Source of the DNA: Bugula neritina
Taxonomy: Eukaryota > Animalia > Bryozoa
Assembly (NCBI GenBank): GCA_964035545.1
Contig: OZ037767.1
Span: 11,170,581-11,234,580, forward strand
Direction of reading: 5' to 3'
DNA length: 64,000 nt
Part shown: in pieces, positions 15,990 through 30,112 of the stretch
How the letters are laid out: the number at the start of each line of letters is the position of its first letter
How positions within the stretch are numbered: position 1 is the stretch's first letter
The notes under the pieces: generated by a model
Seen by the model: only the letters and a program-made list of their open reading frames with translations
Told to the model about the DNA's origin: nothing
Databases searched by the model: none
Program-made: the position numbers and the translations under genes

Positions 15990-18199
15990 GACACAGTAAT
16001 TAGTTCAAATTTCAGAAGACACAAGCTGAGTTTTTGTGTGCTGATGAATGACTTGTGCTGCCAACTGCAATGCTATGAGTTGCAAACTGCAATGCGATAA
16101 TTTCATGCTAGGATGTTTAGTGAGAGAGAAGTGGAAAGGAAGTGAGACTACTTGAGTGTCTAGCTAGAAGCACTTTGGGTAGAGCTCTGAACAGACTTAA
16201 TAAGTGCTGTTATTAGCAATTCAAAGGCATGGAGAGTGGGTGATCAATAAGCACAATAAACTAAACTTATGTTGCCAGGTTATGTTTTCCAATAAATAGC
16301 CAGTAATAAAAACTTCACAAAACAGATATCCTACAGCCAACTTCTACAGCATGCAATTATAAGAACTAGAAATTATTGCGAGTTTGGGTTACTGATATCA
16401 AACGTTTATTTAAAATACAAAACATAATTAGAATCAATATGTCAGAAGTTGCAGGAGTTGTGCGGCAGTGAGACACACACCTTTGCTCTGTAAATTATAA
16501 GGATTTTGAATAAAGCTTTAAAAGCAAAATTTTTATCCTTGCCTAAAATTTCTGTCTAAAAATGTACCAGTATTTTACGGAAGCTTATTAATTATTATCA
16601 ATTAATTCTATGTTAATAAAAAATTACAGGTGAGCGTTACCATGAAATTATGAAAATGAAAAAAATTCGAATTATAGGAATATATGAAAATTAAAAATGT
16701 ATTATTGCTTTACCATAAGATTTAGACAAGCATTATAGCTGGTGCAATTATCATTGAATGATGATAATGCAATTTATATTCCCTTTGCTATTTTTCTTTA
16801 CTCACAGAAATTTCAATATGATACCTTGTAGAAATTTCGACTATTTTGAATATCAATTTCAGCTAAAACTCTAAGAGCTGTGTAAGGATAATTATGAAAA
16901 ATTTAAAATGGTTCATAATTATTACACTTCCATTGATATCTTACGATCAGAAGAACTTATGCATGCTGAATTTATATTAGCTGTCTGGTTGTTGGCTTTG
17001 TTTGAACTACCTGTACATGTGCAGGAACTTGCTTACAAATTTGTACAGGCACAATTTATTGAGAAATCATAACAGGAAGATGTGAAGAGTGGCTTGAGAA
17101 GTCAAAATGGGTGTATTTTAATGAGAAAAGTAGCTGGATTAATTGAAGAGGCAGTGTGGCATAAGAGTATCACATGTATAATTTTTGTAGTGGTTGAAGA
17201 ACTAAGTCATAGCCGACAAACAGATCATAGACAAATGGCTCGATTTTAATGCATATAGTCAACAGATACAAAACAAATAGATTTAGTAAATTTATTTAGT
17301 AAATTGATCTATTTTTGAAGTTAGAAATATTGTAAATTAAAACTAAATAGTCTAAAATATCAAAATAAAAAACTACTACTGTTCCAACTATTTGCTGCAA
17401 TAAATCAATGATCATAAATAACAGTTATAAGTGCAATCATTGCAATAATTGCAATAATATTAATGAACAAGCTCATGAATTAATTGAAGATTCATTAAAT
17501 GTAATATACATACAAGTTGCTTGGGTAGACAACTCCGAAATAATATTATAATTATAGCCAATATACGAATTTTAAACAATTTATGACTACATTATTGTAA
17601 CTAAAAAAATCATCTTTAATAAAAAAATACTCAAATTATTCCATTTACTTATCATAATTTTAATAATGTTGAAGAGGTTTAATAGGTATTGTAGTCAGAT
17701 GGCACTACGGCAGTTCAGTAGTAATCTTTTCATCATGTTTAAAATAGCAAAAATAGAGCTAAAGATACCAATTCTTTTGTGTTATTGAAGCTGATAAAAG
17801 TATATAACTACCCTCTATTGCCTATTATTTGTATGCAAATTTTACAGTATGAGCATATGCATTTAACTCAAGCCATTAGATGACTTTTCTCCGCCACCCG
17901 ATCAGGAAATGGCTGAGAAAGGTGAGAAAATTAGATGACTTTCCTAAACTTAAAATATGCTTATATAAGTCATAATTTGACCAAAAAACTTAGCTTGATT
18001 TGACCAGCTGTGACGTCAACTCAACTCTACTTATGATGAAGACAATGATTACAATTGCTAGTTATATTATTAAACATATTTATATTTATATTGAGCTTAA
18101 TCTTTATCTGTTAACGTTCTTTTACGATAATTATGCCTGTTACTGATACAGTGATAATAATGGCCCAGCTCAAAAGTTGCATTGCTCATACTACTACAA

Positions 18200-20073
18200 G
18201 TCATAGCCGATAGTGATACCAAACTTGATACTCATAGTGATAGTCACACTGAGAAACAGTTTGTGATTTAATCACTCTACAAGTTTCAGTTTAAATTGCA
18301 TTAACATTCACACTACCAATATCACTAAAACATTGACAATGAGTATCAGTATGACTAACAGTAACGTAAGTCAAAGTATAACACACAGTCTTATTCAGTT
18401 ATTGGTAGAATCGCTGACTGGCCAATTAGTAACATTATTATTGAGTGGGTAACTGCAAGTTACTGGTTATTGACTGGGTCTAGCAGTTGAAGGTCTTGAA
18501 ATTATTAGTATTATACTATTATCAATGTAAACATTATTTATTACCATCAATATGCCACAAAATATTCAATTTTAAATAAAGATGATACAAAGTGAGAGTC
18601 AGATGGAGATTAAAATATGATAATCATAATAATTATTCACCAGTCAATAAATTTAATCCTTTAACGATTACTCATAGAATCAGTAAATAACATTTAATTT
18701 AGTGTTAACTTGTACTTGTAGTACTAGTTATTTAATATCAATAATAATAATAACCCAATACTTCACGTTCAATAATTTCAATAATTATATTTATTAAAGT
18801 TAGGTATAATTACGAATAATGAATATCAATATAATTATAATGTATTGATTTATCATTATGTAATGATTATGGTTTATTATTTATGAATATAACCAAGTCT
18901 TATTTATTAACTAATATTAATAATAATAACATTTAAAATTAATATTATAACTATCATTTGATGTTTCCATTAAACTATAAGTATAAGATTAAGTATAACT
19001 ATAACTATAAGTATAAGTATAATAATATTAATTATAATAATAATATTAAATTTAATAATAATTATAATATTAATATGTTAAATTTAATATTAATAACATT
19101 ATTTTATTTATTAATAATATTATAGAATATATGGTATTATATGCATGCACATTGGTTGGCATCTAAGAACGAGTAGGATAGATTGCAAACATGATTAAGA
19201 TACCTTGATGATAATCTAAATCTTAGTTACTATGAAATTGGATTTCTTTCAACTTTAGTTGTTACTGGTCGACAATCCTAGCTCCAACACAAACCGGATA
19301 TACAACTAGCAGTAGGTTTAATTGGACCAATGGTTATAAATTATGCCTTTTCTTATTACCAGTGATTGGTTGGTTGCGACCTTCACATTTTAGTACGAAT
19401 CGGAATTGCAAATGTGATTTTATGAAAAGAAAATGAAAATCGCAAAAAATTATTATGATTATGATGTTAGTGACTTGCTAAATACTTACTGCTAAGCGCA
19501 GTTCTCACTATTATTAGGCTAGTTGTTATCATTACCGTTTGATCTTGTAATCACTATGATTATCATTCACATTGTGATTGTCAAACTGAGAGTGAAAGTC
19601 AATATGAATATCATAATCATTATCATAATCATTATGAATATGATTATCATAATGATAATCATAATGATTATGATTATCATTATGATTATTATATTGATAT
19701 TCAATTTAATTCGCATTGTGATTATGCTTCACTGTGAGAGTGAGTGTGTGACTGGTTGCAAAGTTCTACTTTTACTTTTAGTTTTAGTAAGTTTTACTTT
19801 TGCAGTTTAAGTTTTACTTTTAGTTTCACCTTTACTTTTACTTTTAGTTTAACTTAAACTTAAAGTTCTGTAATTATTTACTTAGTCTTATAGTTTGAGA
19901 CTAACTATAATTATAAATTATATAACTGCATATAAGTATAAGTCTAAGAAGATTTCACCAAAATTTGAGGGTGTTATAATTATTATTATCATTATTATAA
20001 TTATTATTATTAATAATAGTAATAGTATTGTATAACTATAAGTTCATTCTAAAACTATATGTATAAGTATCAC
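18200..20073. repeat. Long low-complexity tract of degenerate tri/hexanucleotide repeats (AAT, ATC/ATG, TATAAG, TTTTAC)
   Basis: Direct reading. It explains the Ile/Met-rich ORF 19523-19810. Confidence 0.8.
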
Positions 20074-22300
20074 TCATCATCATCATCATCATTAGCTGTC
20101 CTTCGTGTCCGAAGATGACTTCCGGTGAATCATGGTCCTCCATTTACATCTGTCTTTGCTGAGAGATTGCCAGCTACCAATAGGGATCTTCAGGTCTTTT
20201 AGATTGCGTTTAACGGTATCTTTGAATTTCAGTCGCGGCCTGCCAACACCACGGGTGCCTTCTTTCAGTTGTGAATAGAGAATTTGTTTAGGTAATCTAG
20301 AGTTATCCATTCGATGCACATGACCAGCCCATCTCAGGTTTTTTTGAATGAGTAGTTCATACATGCTGGGTAGATTTGCCTGTGCTAGAGTCTCCTCATT
20401 CGAGATGAAATCCCACCACTTCACGTTCAAGATCTGGCGTAGATGTCTCATCATATAGGTGTTGAATTTGTGAGCGGCTATCCTGTATACAGGCCAGGCC
20501 TCCGCTCCATAGAGCAGAGAGGACAGGACAATGGCTCTGTACACTGTACACTTGGTCTTGAATGACAGATCCTTATTGTACCACACTTTGGTCTTCAGTC
20601 TGCCGAATGAGATTGAAGCATTGGACATCCTTGTATGAATCTCTTCATCCATCTTGTTGTTGCACATCACTGTAGACCCAAGATATTTAAACCTATTGAC
20701 GTTGGCAAGGTCTTCATTATCCATGCAGATACTGTCACCACTGTCATGGGCTCCAGGTGCCGGTTGGTAGAGCGTTTCCGTTTTCTTGATATTGATCTTC
20801 AGACCAAAAGCTTTGGAAGCTCTGGCGAATCTGTCGACTAATTCCTGTGCATCGCCATGGCTGTGTGCAACGAAGGCAGTGTCGTCAGCAAACATGAGTT
20901 CTCTAACCAATACTTTCTGTGTTCTTGTTGTTGACTTGTATTGGTTCACATTAAACAGATCAGCTCCAGGTCTACTTTGAATCCAGACGCCTTTATCACA
21001 GTTTTCAAATGCGTGCTGAAGAACAGCCGATAAGAAAATAGAGAATAGCGTTGGAGCCAACACACATCCTTGTTTCACACCATTGTTGACCTGGAACGAC
21101 TCAGATAACTCCCCCTTCAGCTTGACTGAGGCCTTCATGCCAGTATGGAGAGCGCTGATAAGATTGGTGAAGTGACTGGGAAAACCGAGTTTCTGTAAGA
21201 TCTTCCACAGGGTCGCCCGATCAACAGTATCGAACGCTTTGGTGAAGTCAATGAAGACCATGTACAGGGGCATATTTTGCTCGATGCATTTTTCCTGTAT
21301 CTGCTTCAGTGCAAATATCATATCTGCTGTTCCCCTTCCACTACGGAATCCACACTGAGTTTCGGGTAGGAAGTTTTCTGCATATGATGTCAGTCTATTT
21401 AGAAGGACACGAGCAAAAACTTTACCGGGAATTGAGAGCAGGGAGATACCTCTGTAGTTACCGCACAGCTTCCGATCACCTTTTTTGAAGATGGTTATAA
21501 GTTGGGCATCTTTCCAATCTTGAGGGACTACAGCAGTTTTCCATGCCTCCTTTATTATCTCATGGAGAGTACTTATTAGTTTGGGCCCTCCCCTTTTGAT
21601 AACCTCCGGGTGAATGCCATCAGAGCCAGGTGATTTCCCTTCACTTAGCATCGAAGTTGCCTTGATGATCTCTTCAATATCTGGGCAATCGTCCATCCAG
21701 TCCTGAATGGGAGCTTGTCTCAGGTTCTCAATGATGTTGTCATCAATATCTGGAGTCTCGTTTAGTAGCTTGCTGAAATGCTCTGTCCATCTCGCTAGAA
21801 GATCTTGTTTTTCTGTCAGGAGTGTTGAGCTGTCACTGGCCAGGAGCTGGTCAGGATGACTCACTCTTGGACCCCAAACAGTTTTCGTGCTTTGGTAAAA
21901 ACCTTTCATGTCGTTAGTGTCAGCAAACCGTTGCAGTTCAGCAGCTTTTGCCAACCACCAGTCGTTCTTGAGCTCCCTGCATCTTCCTGTGAGTTTTCTG
22001 CCAGCCATTCTAAGCTTTGACTTGTTCGAGCGAGTATTCCTGGTTAACATGTCTGCTCTGGCCTTGTTTCTCTTCTGGATGAGTTCTTGAAGCTCATCAT
22101 TATTCTCGTCAAACCAGTCCTCATGCTTCCTGCTGACAGTGCCGAGGTGCACTTTTGACTCTGCATAAACTATCTCTTTGAATGCTTTCCACTTACTCTC
22201 CATGCCCTCTGGAGCAGAGTTCAGTTTCCCAGCAAGGGACTTTTCCAGTTCTTGTCTTACTTCCTCATTCTTAAGTCGAGAAACGTCCAGCTTCTGGCTG
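20074..22300 (-). mobile_element. 5'-truncated RTE-clade non-LTR retrotransposon with intact RT, (TGA)n tail
   Basis: Uninterrupted ORF with HEDWFDEND, GKSPGSDGI, NYRGISLL, QCGFR, FIDFTKAFD, GVKQGCVLAPTLF, LMFADD, LRWAGHVHRM and GRPRLKFKD. The AP endonuclease is absent. Six TGA repeats directly follow the stop. The first ~27 codons of the listed ORF are AT-rich flank. Confidence 0.95.
20092..22300 (-). CDS. RTE reverse transcriptase ORF (N-terminally truncated)
   Basis: About 735 open codons containing all RT motifs including FADD. It has no genuine start codon. Confidence 0.9.
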
Positions 22301-22999
22301 ATACTAATAATACTATTAGTATTAAAATAAGTATTATTAGTATAGGCATAGCTATTGCCTCTTTTATGATGGAATTTCACAGTTTAGAGTTATTTCAACT
22401 CACCGAATAATATAATTGTTGTGGCCTTCGGGTTAGCTCGGTGGTCGGTAAATTGATACAAGTTGCTTGGCTTGGCTGCGAGATAACTCCATCTCTTGTC
22501 CGTCTGTAAGGGTGAAGTTACGACTCCGAGTTAGGGTATTCGTCAGGTGGTGCTCCGCAGTCTAGGATTCTGAGCTAGCACTCACTAACGTACCCTAACA
22601 CATTCTGTTGTGTTCGCATGCATTCTATGTCCACAATCCTCAGTCACTCTTCAATCAAATGCTTCAATTCCCCCATCTCTCTCATATACAATCGTTTAAT
22701 ATCTGCAACACCCACACAGGCCACACCCACACTATATCTATGTTGATGCAAATATCTCAGAGTTGTGCACTATCCATACACGCAACAGAAAAGGAGACAA
22801 TTGCAACTAACTTAAACATCCCGATACAACACCTCAGTTTGAGTTTATTACCTCAGTTGAGTTGGGACTACTGCAGCGATTGGAATATCTATAAGGAAGC
22901 CTCTAGAGATCAAATTGTATTGGGCCAGGGTTAGCATTTGCTACAGCAATTGCTGTTGTATTTGTATTGTATTCTCCGCTCAACAAATTGTTTGTGGCA

Positions 23000-23699
23000 T
23001 AAAACTGTGTGCAACATGCTTTTTCTAGCTAATATCGAGGTCAGCTCTCTGTTTTTGACAATCTCTGGATGAAGTTTGGTGCTGATCCTCATTCTGGAGA
23101 ATCCAGGTCAGTACACACAATCGGTTTTTCTTCTGTTTTCCAGCAACTGATCTTCTAAGTTCTAACTCATTCCTCGCCTCAGCTACACTGTCAGTGCGCC
23201 CTACAGATTACTTATGAACCTTATGGCACTGTTCTGGACCAGCTATGTATCATGTACCTTGCCTCTAGTCACCGGGTCCCGGACCACATTGGCGTATTTG
23301 AGTATAGGTCTGCAAAGACTTGTGTAAGCCATTAGCTTAGCTTCCTTTGGGGCACCATGTATCAAGTGTTTGCTTGATCCCTCCAAGGATTTTCCGGGAC
23401 TTGGTACACTTCTCATCTATGTGCTGGTCAAATCTTAAGTTCGACTGGAATGTTGCCCTAATGTATTCGTTTTTTTCTGCCCATGCAGTCTGTAATGGGA
23501 TATGGGGGGTTCACTCTACCAAAGTTAATTGCATGGCATTTTTTCCGTTGAAAGGGCATTTTCCATTTTTTTGGAATGCTTCAGCATCCGTAGTGGTGTT
23601 CACAGTTTGGTACAGTAAAGTATCATTGGCATAGAGGCTAACTTTGCACGACAGTAAATCTGGAAGATCATTAATATAACATAAAAACAGGGTTGGGTC
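23000..23699 (-). pseudogene. Decayed CR1/L2-group LINE RT C-terminal fragment
   Basis: The minus strand reads PTLFLCYINDLPDLLSCKVSLYANDTLLY (decayed YADD), KKCHAI, NLRFDQHI and RPILKYANVV.DP, with stops and frameshifts. Confidence 0.8.
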
Positions 23700-24071
23700 A
23701 GGTCAGGTGTTTAATTTGGTACTGATAACCATGTAACCGATACTACCTGTCCCATGAGTCGGACTGTTGGCGATTATATTGATATTCCTTACTGCCCTAA
23801 CAGTAAGAAGGATGTACTGGACATCCTGTCGGAACTGAAAATAACACCTACTAAAATTCTGAAAGATTATTTAAGTGGGCATCTGTGGCAGAGTAGCTAA
23901 GGACCTGTACAGCCAGACAGAGAGGGAGAGGAAGGGAGAAAGAGGGGGGGAGGGAGAGGAAGAGAGAGGTCGTAGCACAGAGCCCTGTGGCACTCCTGAG
24001 GTTATCTTGCACTTTTAAGAGCTTGCTCCCCTCAGTACAAGCTATAAGTGTAGCTTTTAACTTTAGCTTGT

Positions 24072-24492
24072 GGGTCATTTTGCTTAATTTAGTACACACT
24101 GAAATCTCCAGTTTTTAGCTATTTTTCACAATTTAAATGGTAATGAACATGGCTTTTTGCCCAAAACTAGTAAAACACCAATAAATACACCGAAATAATT
24201 AAGGTTATTCTTAATTTTACTTGATTTCCCATGTTTTTTCTTATTTATTTAGCTTATTAGGAGTGCGGACCGTTACGAAAAAATCGTAATGGTCCGCAAC
24301 CAAAAGTAGCTGCCTAATTATGAAAAAACATGGGAAAGGAAGCAAAATTAAAAAGAACTTTGATTATTTAGGTGTATTTGTTGGTGTTTTACTAAGTTTT
24401 GATCAAAAACCTATGTTCATTAGCAGTTGAATGGTGAAAGATAGCTAACAACTGAAGGTATCCAGTGTGTACTAAATTAAGTAAAATGACCC
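24072..24492. mobile_element. Fold-back MITE (~420-bp imperfect palindrome), GGG termini, TTGT 4-bp target duplication
   Basis: gggtcattttgcttaatttagtacacactg pairs with cagtgtgtactaaattaagtaaaatgaccc. Pairing continues to the centre tgcggaccgttacga-aaaaa-tcgtaatggtccgca. TTGT lies on both flanks. Confidence 0.85.
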
Positions 24493-26591
24493 TTGTATAA
24501 GTATAACTATTACTATAAGTGTAACTTGAAGCTTAAGCCTAAAGCTGCTCTTTAACTTTAACCACTGGTTATACTGTAACAATAACTGTATAACTGTAAG
24601 TTATTAGTTATCGTAAAAATATTACAATGATTATTACATGATTAATATTATATTCCATTTAGAGTATTTATAATGTGTTTTTGTTATTCACCACTTATGT
24701 ATTGTACTTAATATTTAAAAATAACTTATACTTATAGTTCTACTTATAGTTATAGTGATTTCTGTTAATATTTAAGTTTCAGTTTTCTTTAAGTTTCTTA
24801 ATTTGTGTCTGCCTTATACTTATAGTTATGACTAGTTTTCTTATGAGTTTTCCTATTAGTTATTATTTACACTTAGAGAGTTAGTCTACATCATATGTCT
24901 CATCACCAGTGTCTTTTTTAAAGTCAAAACGATGGACTTTATTTTTTCATTTTAATTTTTTAGTATATAGATGTCAGAAAACACTTTATGGTTATTCCAG
25001 AGCTGGGTGGCTAGATTTTATGTATTATTGTGATCATTACGTAAATATTATTTAATTCTAAAACTTTTATTATGATTATGGCAATAGAGGAGCTAGGTCA
25101 AAGTCACAGTGAGCTAGGTGATTCTTGATTCTAAGCAGAAACATTATTCAATTTCAACTCAATCAGTAACTTTAGTTGACTTTTGTGTCAACTATAATTG
25201 CCTTGCAAGTCTTTTGATTGGGTTTGGTTCTCTAAAACTACATGTAGTTAGAGAAATTGATGTGTGATTAGTGATTACCTGCACTTACCAGTTGCTCATG
25301 TCAGCATGAATTGAGTATTTGCTCTGAATTCTTAACATTTTTTCGAATAAATTTGTTAAGCCAAAATAGTGTAATATATAAACTGTAATTTCATGGCTAG
25401 TAGGAAGATAAAGTAGCAATTTTCAGTCACAGTATTGTTTGTTGAATCTATGAAAACTTTTTAATAGCTAGAATTAAAGCTATAAATTTGTTTTTTTAAA
25501 TTTTAGTTAGTGGATAAATTTAATTACCTACAAATTTATATTAAATCTATTGACATTTTTAGATGAAAATTGCATATACTGACTTAATCAAAAAATGAAA
25601 ACTGTCATTTGACTTAGGTTTGACTTGAAAACTTGTTTGCATAGGCAATGGCTTTATATTGCTACTCATGATAATGACCTGGTGTGACTTCAATGCAGCT
25701 CTGGTAGATTTTAAAACATATTTCAAATCTGAAAAAAAGAAATAAAATTTAAGTTTTAGTGAAAATGAAACCTAATCACATGTTGCAATTTCCATTTTCA
25801 ATATTTTATAAATTTTGATTGATGTTCATTATTTTCAACTCATTTGATTAAAATAAAATGAAATTTGTTTGCAAATAAATTTTGAAGATATCTATTATAA
25901 TAATAATCTAAGGTGAACTTTGAACTAAATTTAAAATTAAAACTGTATTAAAGATAAGTCCAATGTACAAACTTTCGAAAAAATACCTCAACTGACAGTG
26001 TTGTCAATAGAAGTACAACATTGTTTCTGTGTATCAGGAAAAATAGAATATAAAACGCTGATATGTCATTGGTGTGGTGTAAACTTTTATAGCACCTACC
26101 TATAAGCTTAATGTTACTTTATCCACTGCTAAACAGCTCAGCTAACCTAAAAAAAGAAAAGCTTCATAGTGAGATTTGCTCCACACTACACATCTCTTAG
26201 TGTGGTCTGATACAAGGAGCAGATATAATAATTTTTCTTCTGATTTCCAAGAAGGGAATCATATTTGATTAGATTTGGTTAGGTGTTACTTGTAACAGGA
26301 GTGGCAGTCCTGGTGACAACCCCTGTTTGCTGTTCATTGTGAATTGGGTGTCTATCATAGTACCTAATATAAATAAGATTGAGAAGGTCTAGCTCCTCTT
26401 ATTAGTTCTCAATCCTAATCATTATAGCCATTCTGAAAAAAACATTGTGAAATAATTAATCACTTACATACTTTCGGAGTTTTAATACAGTCTTAGATGG
26501 TAATACATACGGGTTATTGTAGCTGATAGAGGAAACAGTTGAGGAATCAAAGCAGAAATACACAATTAGATGTAACTAACACCATATAAGC

Positions 26592-29341
26592 ATGACACAA
26601 TCACAGTAAGTCTAAAATTAACATTTAACAAATTAAAATTTTGCCTGTGGTTGAGTTTGTTTTATCTTAAATTGTAGCATGTATGTGAGACAATAAAATA
26701 TATGCCAGTAAAGTTGTTACTAAGGGATTTTTATTTTCATTGCTGTAAAAAATAAGCTTCTCAAGCTCTTGCTTGGTTGTCACATCATCCCTTCATGCTG
26801 TGTATAGTAAAATAGTTTATGCAACTTGGGAAATATTTAGAACTTTTAGCTTCCTTGTTTTAACTTATCAATTTTTACCTTCTTTGGGTGAATTTTTTAG
26901 AGGAATAACCAAATTGTTTGTTGGAAATATTGCACGCGGCTCGGACCCTTCGATGCTTCGTCAACAGTTTGAAAAGTTTGGCACAGTTGAAGAGTGTGAT
27001 ATTTTAGCAGACTTTGGGTTTGTGGTAAGTTCGGACCAAAAGCTTGATAAGCTAACAAGTAAAATAATTGAGGAATTTGACATACTATACCTGCATATCT
27101 GTATCTACTGTATAACATATTTTCTTCAGCACTTTGCACTGCCCGAGCAAGCCAATGCCGCTCTTGTGATGAATGGTTTTATGTTCAACGGACTGAAGTT
27201 GAAGGTGGAGAAATCTACGAGTAATGTGAGAAAGAAGGCTGGGGGAGCTGATCTCAGTGTTGATGTATGTGTTTCACTTCTTTTATTTTTAAAGGAATAT
27301 ATTTTACTAGTTTTAATAGTTCTTTAAGAACCTCTTTATTTCATATTTTGTGCCTGTGTGTACTCCTGTGTGCGTGCAGGAGTGTGTGTATTTATATACA
27401 TCTGTATGTTTCTGTGAACATGAATAACTACAATATCAAGAAACGCATTGTACTGATGGTGATTTATGCCACAGTTTGATTGTACTGACTCCAAGACACA
27501 TTTAGGTTATTGTATTGAAGGAACTGGTATTATAAAGTCATCTTCTTGACTATGGATTTCCCACATGGTGTAAAGTGTTATTTTGAATTAATTTAATTGT
27601 CATTATCTTCCATATGATTTATTTTGTAAAACATGAATAAAATTTTAGACATGCTATGTGTGTGGCCAAGCCGGGCACTGGGCAAAAGACTGTCCTCAAA
27701 TACCGTGAGTTCTCCAGCTTATCATACTAACTGGGTGTCTAATACTACTTAATTATATTTATTATTATCGCAGATTTCACTAATGCATTTAGGCTCTTTG
27801 CTGTTATACTAAAGATTTGAGATGCGCTACTTTTGTCCTCGAGAATAGAAATAAGATACATTGCTGTCATTATATGTGGTCTCTGCATGACTTTGTACTC
27901 TCTACTAACTCACTTACACTTACTGATTAGGGAGCATGAAAGAGCTAAAAGAGCTAAAAGAGCAGAAGAAGAACACCAAAGAGGAGGTGGTAGGGGAGGG
28001 TTTAGAGGCGGGTTTAGGGGCGGTTTTAGGGGCGGGTTCAGAGGTGGAAGTAGAGGCGGAAGTAGGGGCGGAGGTAGGGGCGGAGGTAGACATGAAGTAT
28101 TAGAGGAATATGATGAGTATTATGAAGAAGAACATGACTATCCCCCTAGAATACGGCGACCACCCCCTCCAGATTATTATGATGACGATGGTGATTATGA
28201 TCTATGCTACAGGTATGTAACTCCTACATTTCTGTGGCCTAGAGAGTCTCAGTTGTGAGGTCCAATGTAGAATCTAGATACACGCTTGCTAATTTATATT
28301 ACTATGTGGAGTGTCACTTTTAGATGATGTCGACTTGTGCTGGCTCTAAAATCATAGATAAATGCTATAAGTATGACCTTTATCAAGTCATAAATAGACT
28401 GTCACTCAATCTTTAAAAGCACCAAGTTTGTTGGTGTATGTGTAGAATGTGACACGTGACTTTAATAAAGTTAATAGCTATTCTATTGGTACCAGACATC
28501 TTGTGTGTTTACTAGACGACGGCTGCCTCCCCCCAGATATTATGATGACTATGACTACCCCCCTCGACGTCGCCTCCCTCCCCTGGGCTACTACAGAGAT
28601 GAGTATGACGACTACCCTCCACCCCGAAGACTTCGCAGACCCTATAGAGACCCTCTAGATCTGTATGACAGAGAATATTTATATCCTTCCCTCAGGGATC
28701 CTCATCGAGATGTTTATGCGTTGCGGGACCCTCTCGCCCCAAGAGATCCTCTTGCACCCAGAGGACCTTTTGCCCCAAGAGACCCTCTTGCCTCGAGAGA
28801 CCCTCTTGCACCAAGAGGACATTTTGCCCCAAGAGATCCCCTGGCACCCAGAGACCCTCTTGCCCTAAGAGACCCTCTTTCCCTGAGAGACCCAAGGGAT
28901 GACATGGCATATAGAGACGAAGAGTATACCCCGAGAGAGCCCGCAGGAAGCACCACTGATTCTGACGGGAAAACTGTCGCCACACCTGAACCAGTTCCTC
29001 CCCTCATGATTGACTTTTCAGAAGACTATTTTGGCTCTGCACAGCCAGCTAGAGAATTCAACCCAGAGCTGCGATATCCTGAGCCTCGTTCCTCACGCTT
29101 CCTTGACCCAACCATCCCTCAGCTTCGATCATCGCGCTTTTCCGTCCCACGCTTTTCTGAGCAACGCTTTCCCGATCCGAGGCACCCTGAAGCTCGATAT
29201 CCTGATTCTAGGCATCCCGAATCGCGATATGCTGACTCACGATATGCTGACTCACGATATTCCAACCAAGATTATGCTGACTCTCACACCTCAGCTCATT
29301 TGCCGGATTCCCAGCAGCCAACCAAACCTTCTAATGGGTAA
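26592..29341 (+). CDS. RBM4: RBM4/Lark-like RNA-binding protein, 478 aa: one RRM, CCHC zinc knuckle, RGG box, Tyr/Asp/Pro/Arg-rich tail
   Basis: Phase-consistent exons: 26592-26605, 26901-27024, 27130-27264, 27649-27704, 27931-28212, 28516-29341. TKLFVGNI..EECDILADFGFVHF..KVEKSTSNVR..CYVCGQAGHWAKDCP parallels RBM4 RRM2 plus knuckle. There is an in-frame TAA at 26577 upstream of the ATG. Confidence 0.85.
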
Positions 29342-30112
29342 ATCAGTTTATAGCCTTTACTTTTGTAACAGGAGGAACAATATGCATGTGAATGTCTTCA
29401 TTCATTCGACTGCAAACATTCATTCATGGCTAAAAGTCTAACTTGTTTTACATTAAAAACCTTTAGCTAGCTTTTTGCCTCCATTTAGTTGATCTTTTCA
29501 GACAATGGTGTGTTTGTTGTGTGTCCTGTATGCAAAATATATTAAAAACTTGAAACTTAAAATATCAGCTGTTTGAGTGTCGCTCCGAAGTAGACATTTG
29601 CCCACTTGTAGTAATAAGTCTTCATGTTATGTTAGTCTAGCTAAGATATGCTGATTCCATTATAACAGCCATTTCAAACTCTTTTCGGTGAAGTAGCTTA
29701 CAGACAGCTGGCAGAGTTTCTAAAATTTGTCTCGCTTTCTAAAGAATTTAAACAGTTTTTCTGTTAGGTGGATTGTGCTGTCATAATCATTTGTGTTTGT
29801 AGACATGCGGGTAGTGATGAAGCTGTTCCTGTACAACAGTACTAAACCAGCTGTGACCCCTGACCTCTGGTAAGATTGTATTCCTACTCGGTGATTCTTC
29901 TACATTTAGCAGCAATTGCTTTTCACTGTTCTTAGCAAAAAGCCTTGCAAATCTTTTTACATATCTCATTTTATAAACCAGTATGCATTTCAGCCTCCAT
30001 TACCTAGCGTTGTGGTTAAGCTCTTGGTTTTATTGTTTTGCTGGCAGTAGGTATGAGTGAAACGGTAGTCGGTATTAGTAATTGCATTTTTTAAATGTAT
30101 TTTATCCTCCAG

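Noticed and set aside
19523-19810. Hydrophobic Ile/Met-rich membrane protein ORF
   Set aside because: Degenerate ATC/ATG/ATT trinucleotide repeat.
22420-22600. GC-richer segment next to the RTE 5' end as a possible ribozyme or 5' UTR
   Set aside because: It is separated from the truncated RTE by AT-rich flank, and I could not fold it into an HDV-like or hammerhead structure by eye.
28449-29441. Overlapping alternative-frame and antisense ORFs in the RBM4-like last exon
   Set aside because: By-products of GC-rich 18-bp coding repeats. Only the 28505 frame fits the splice phase.
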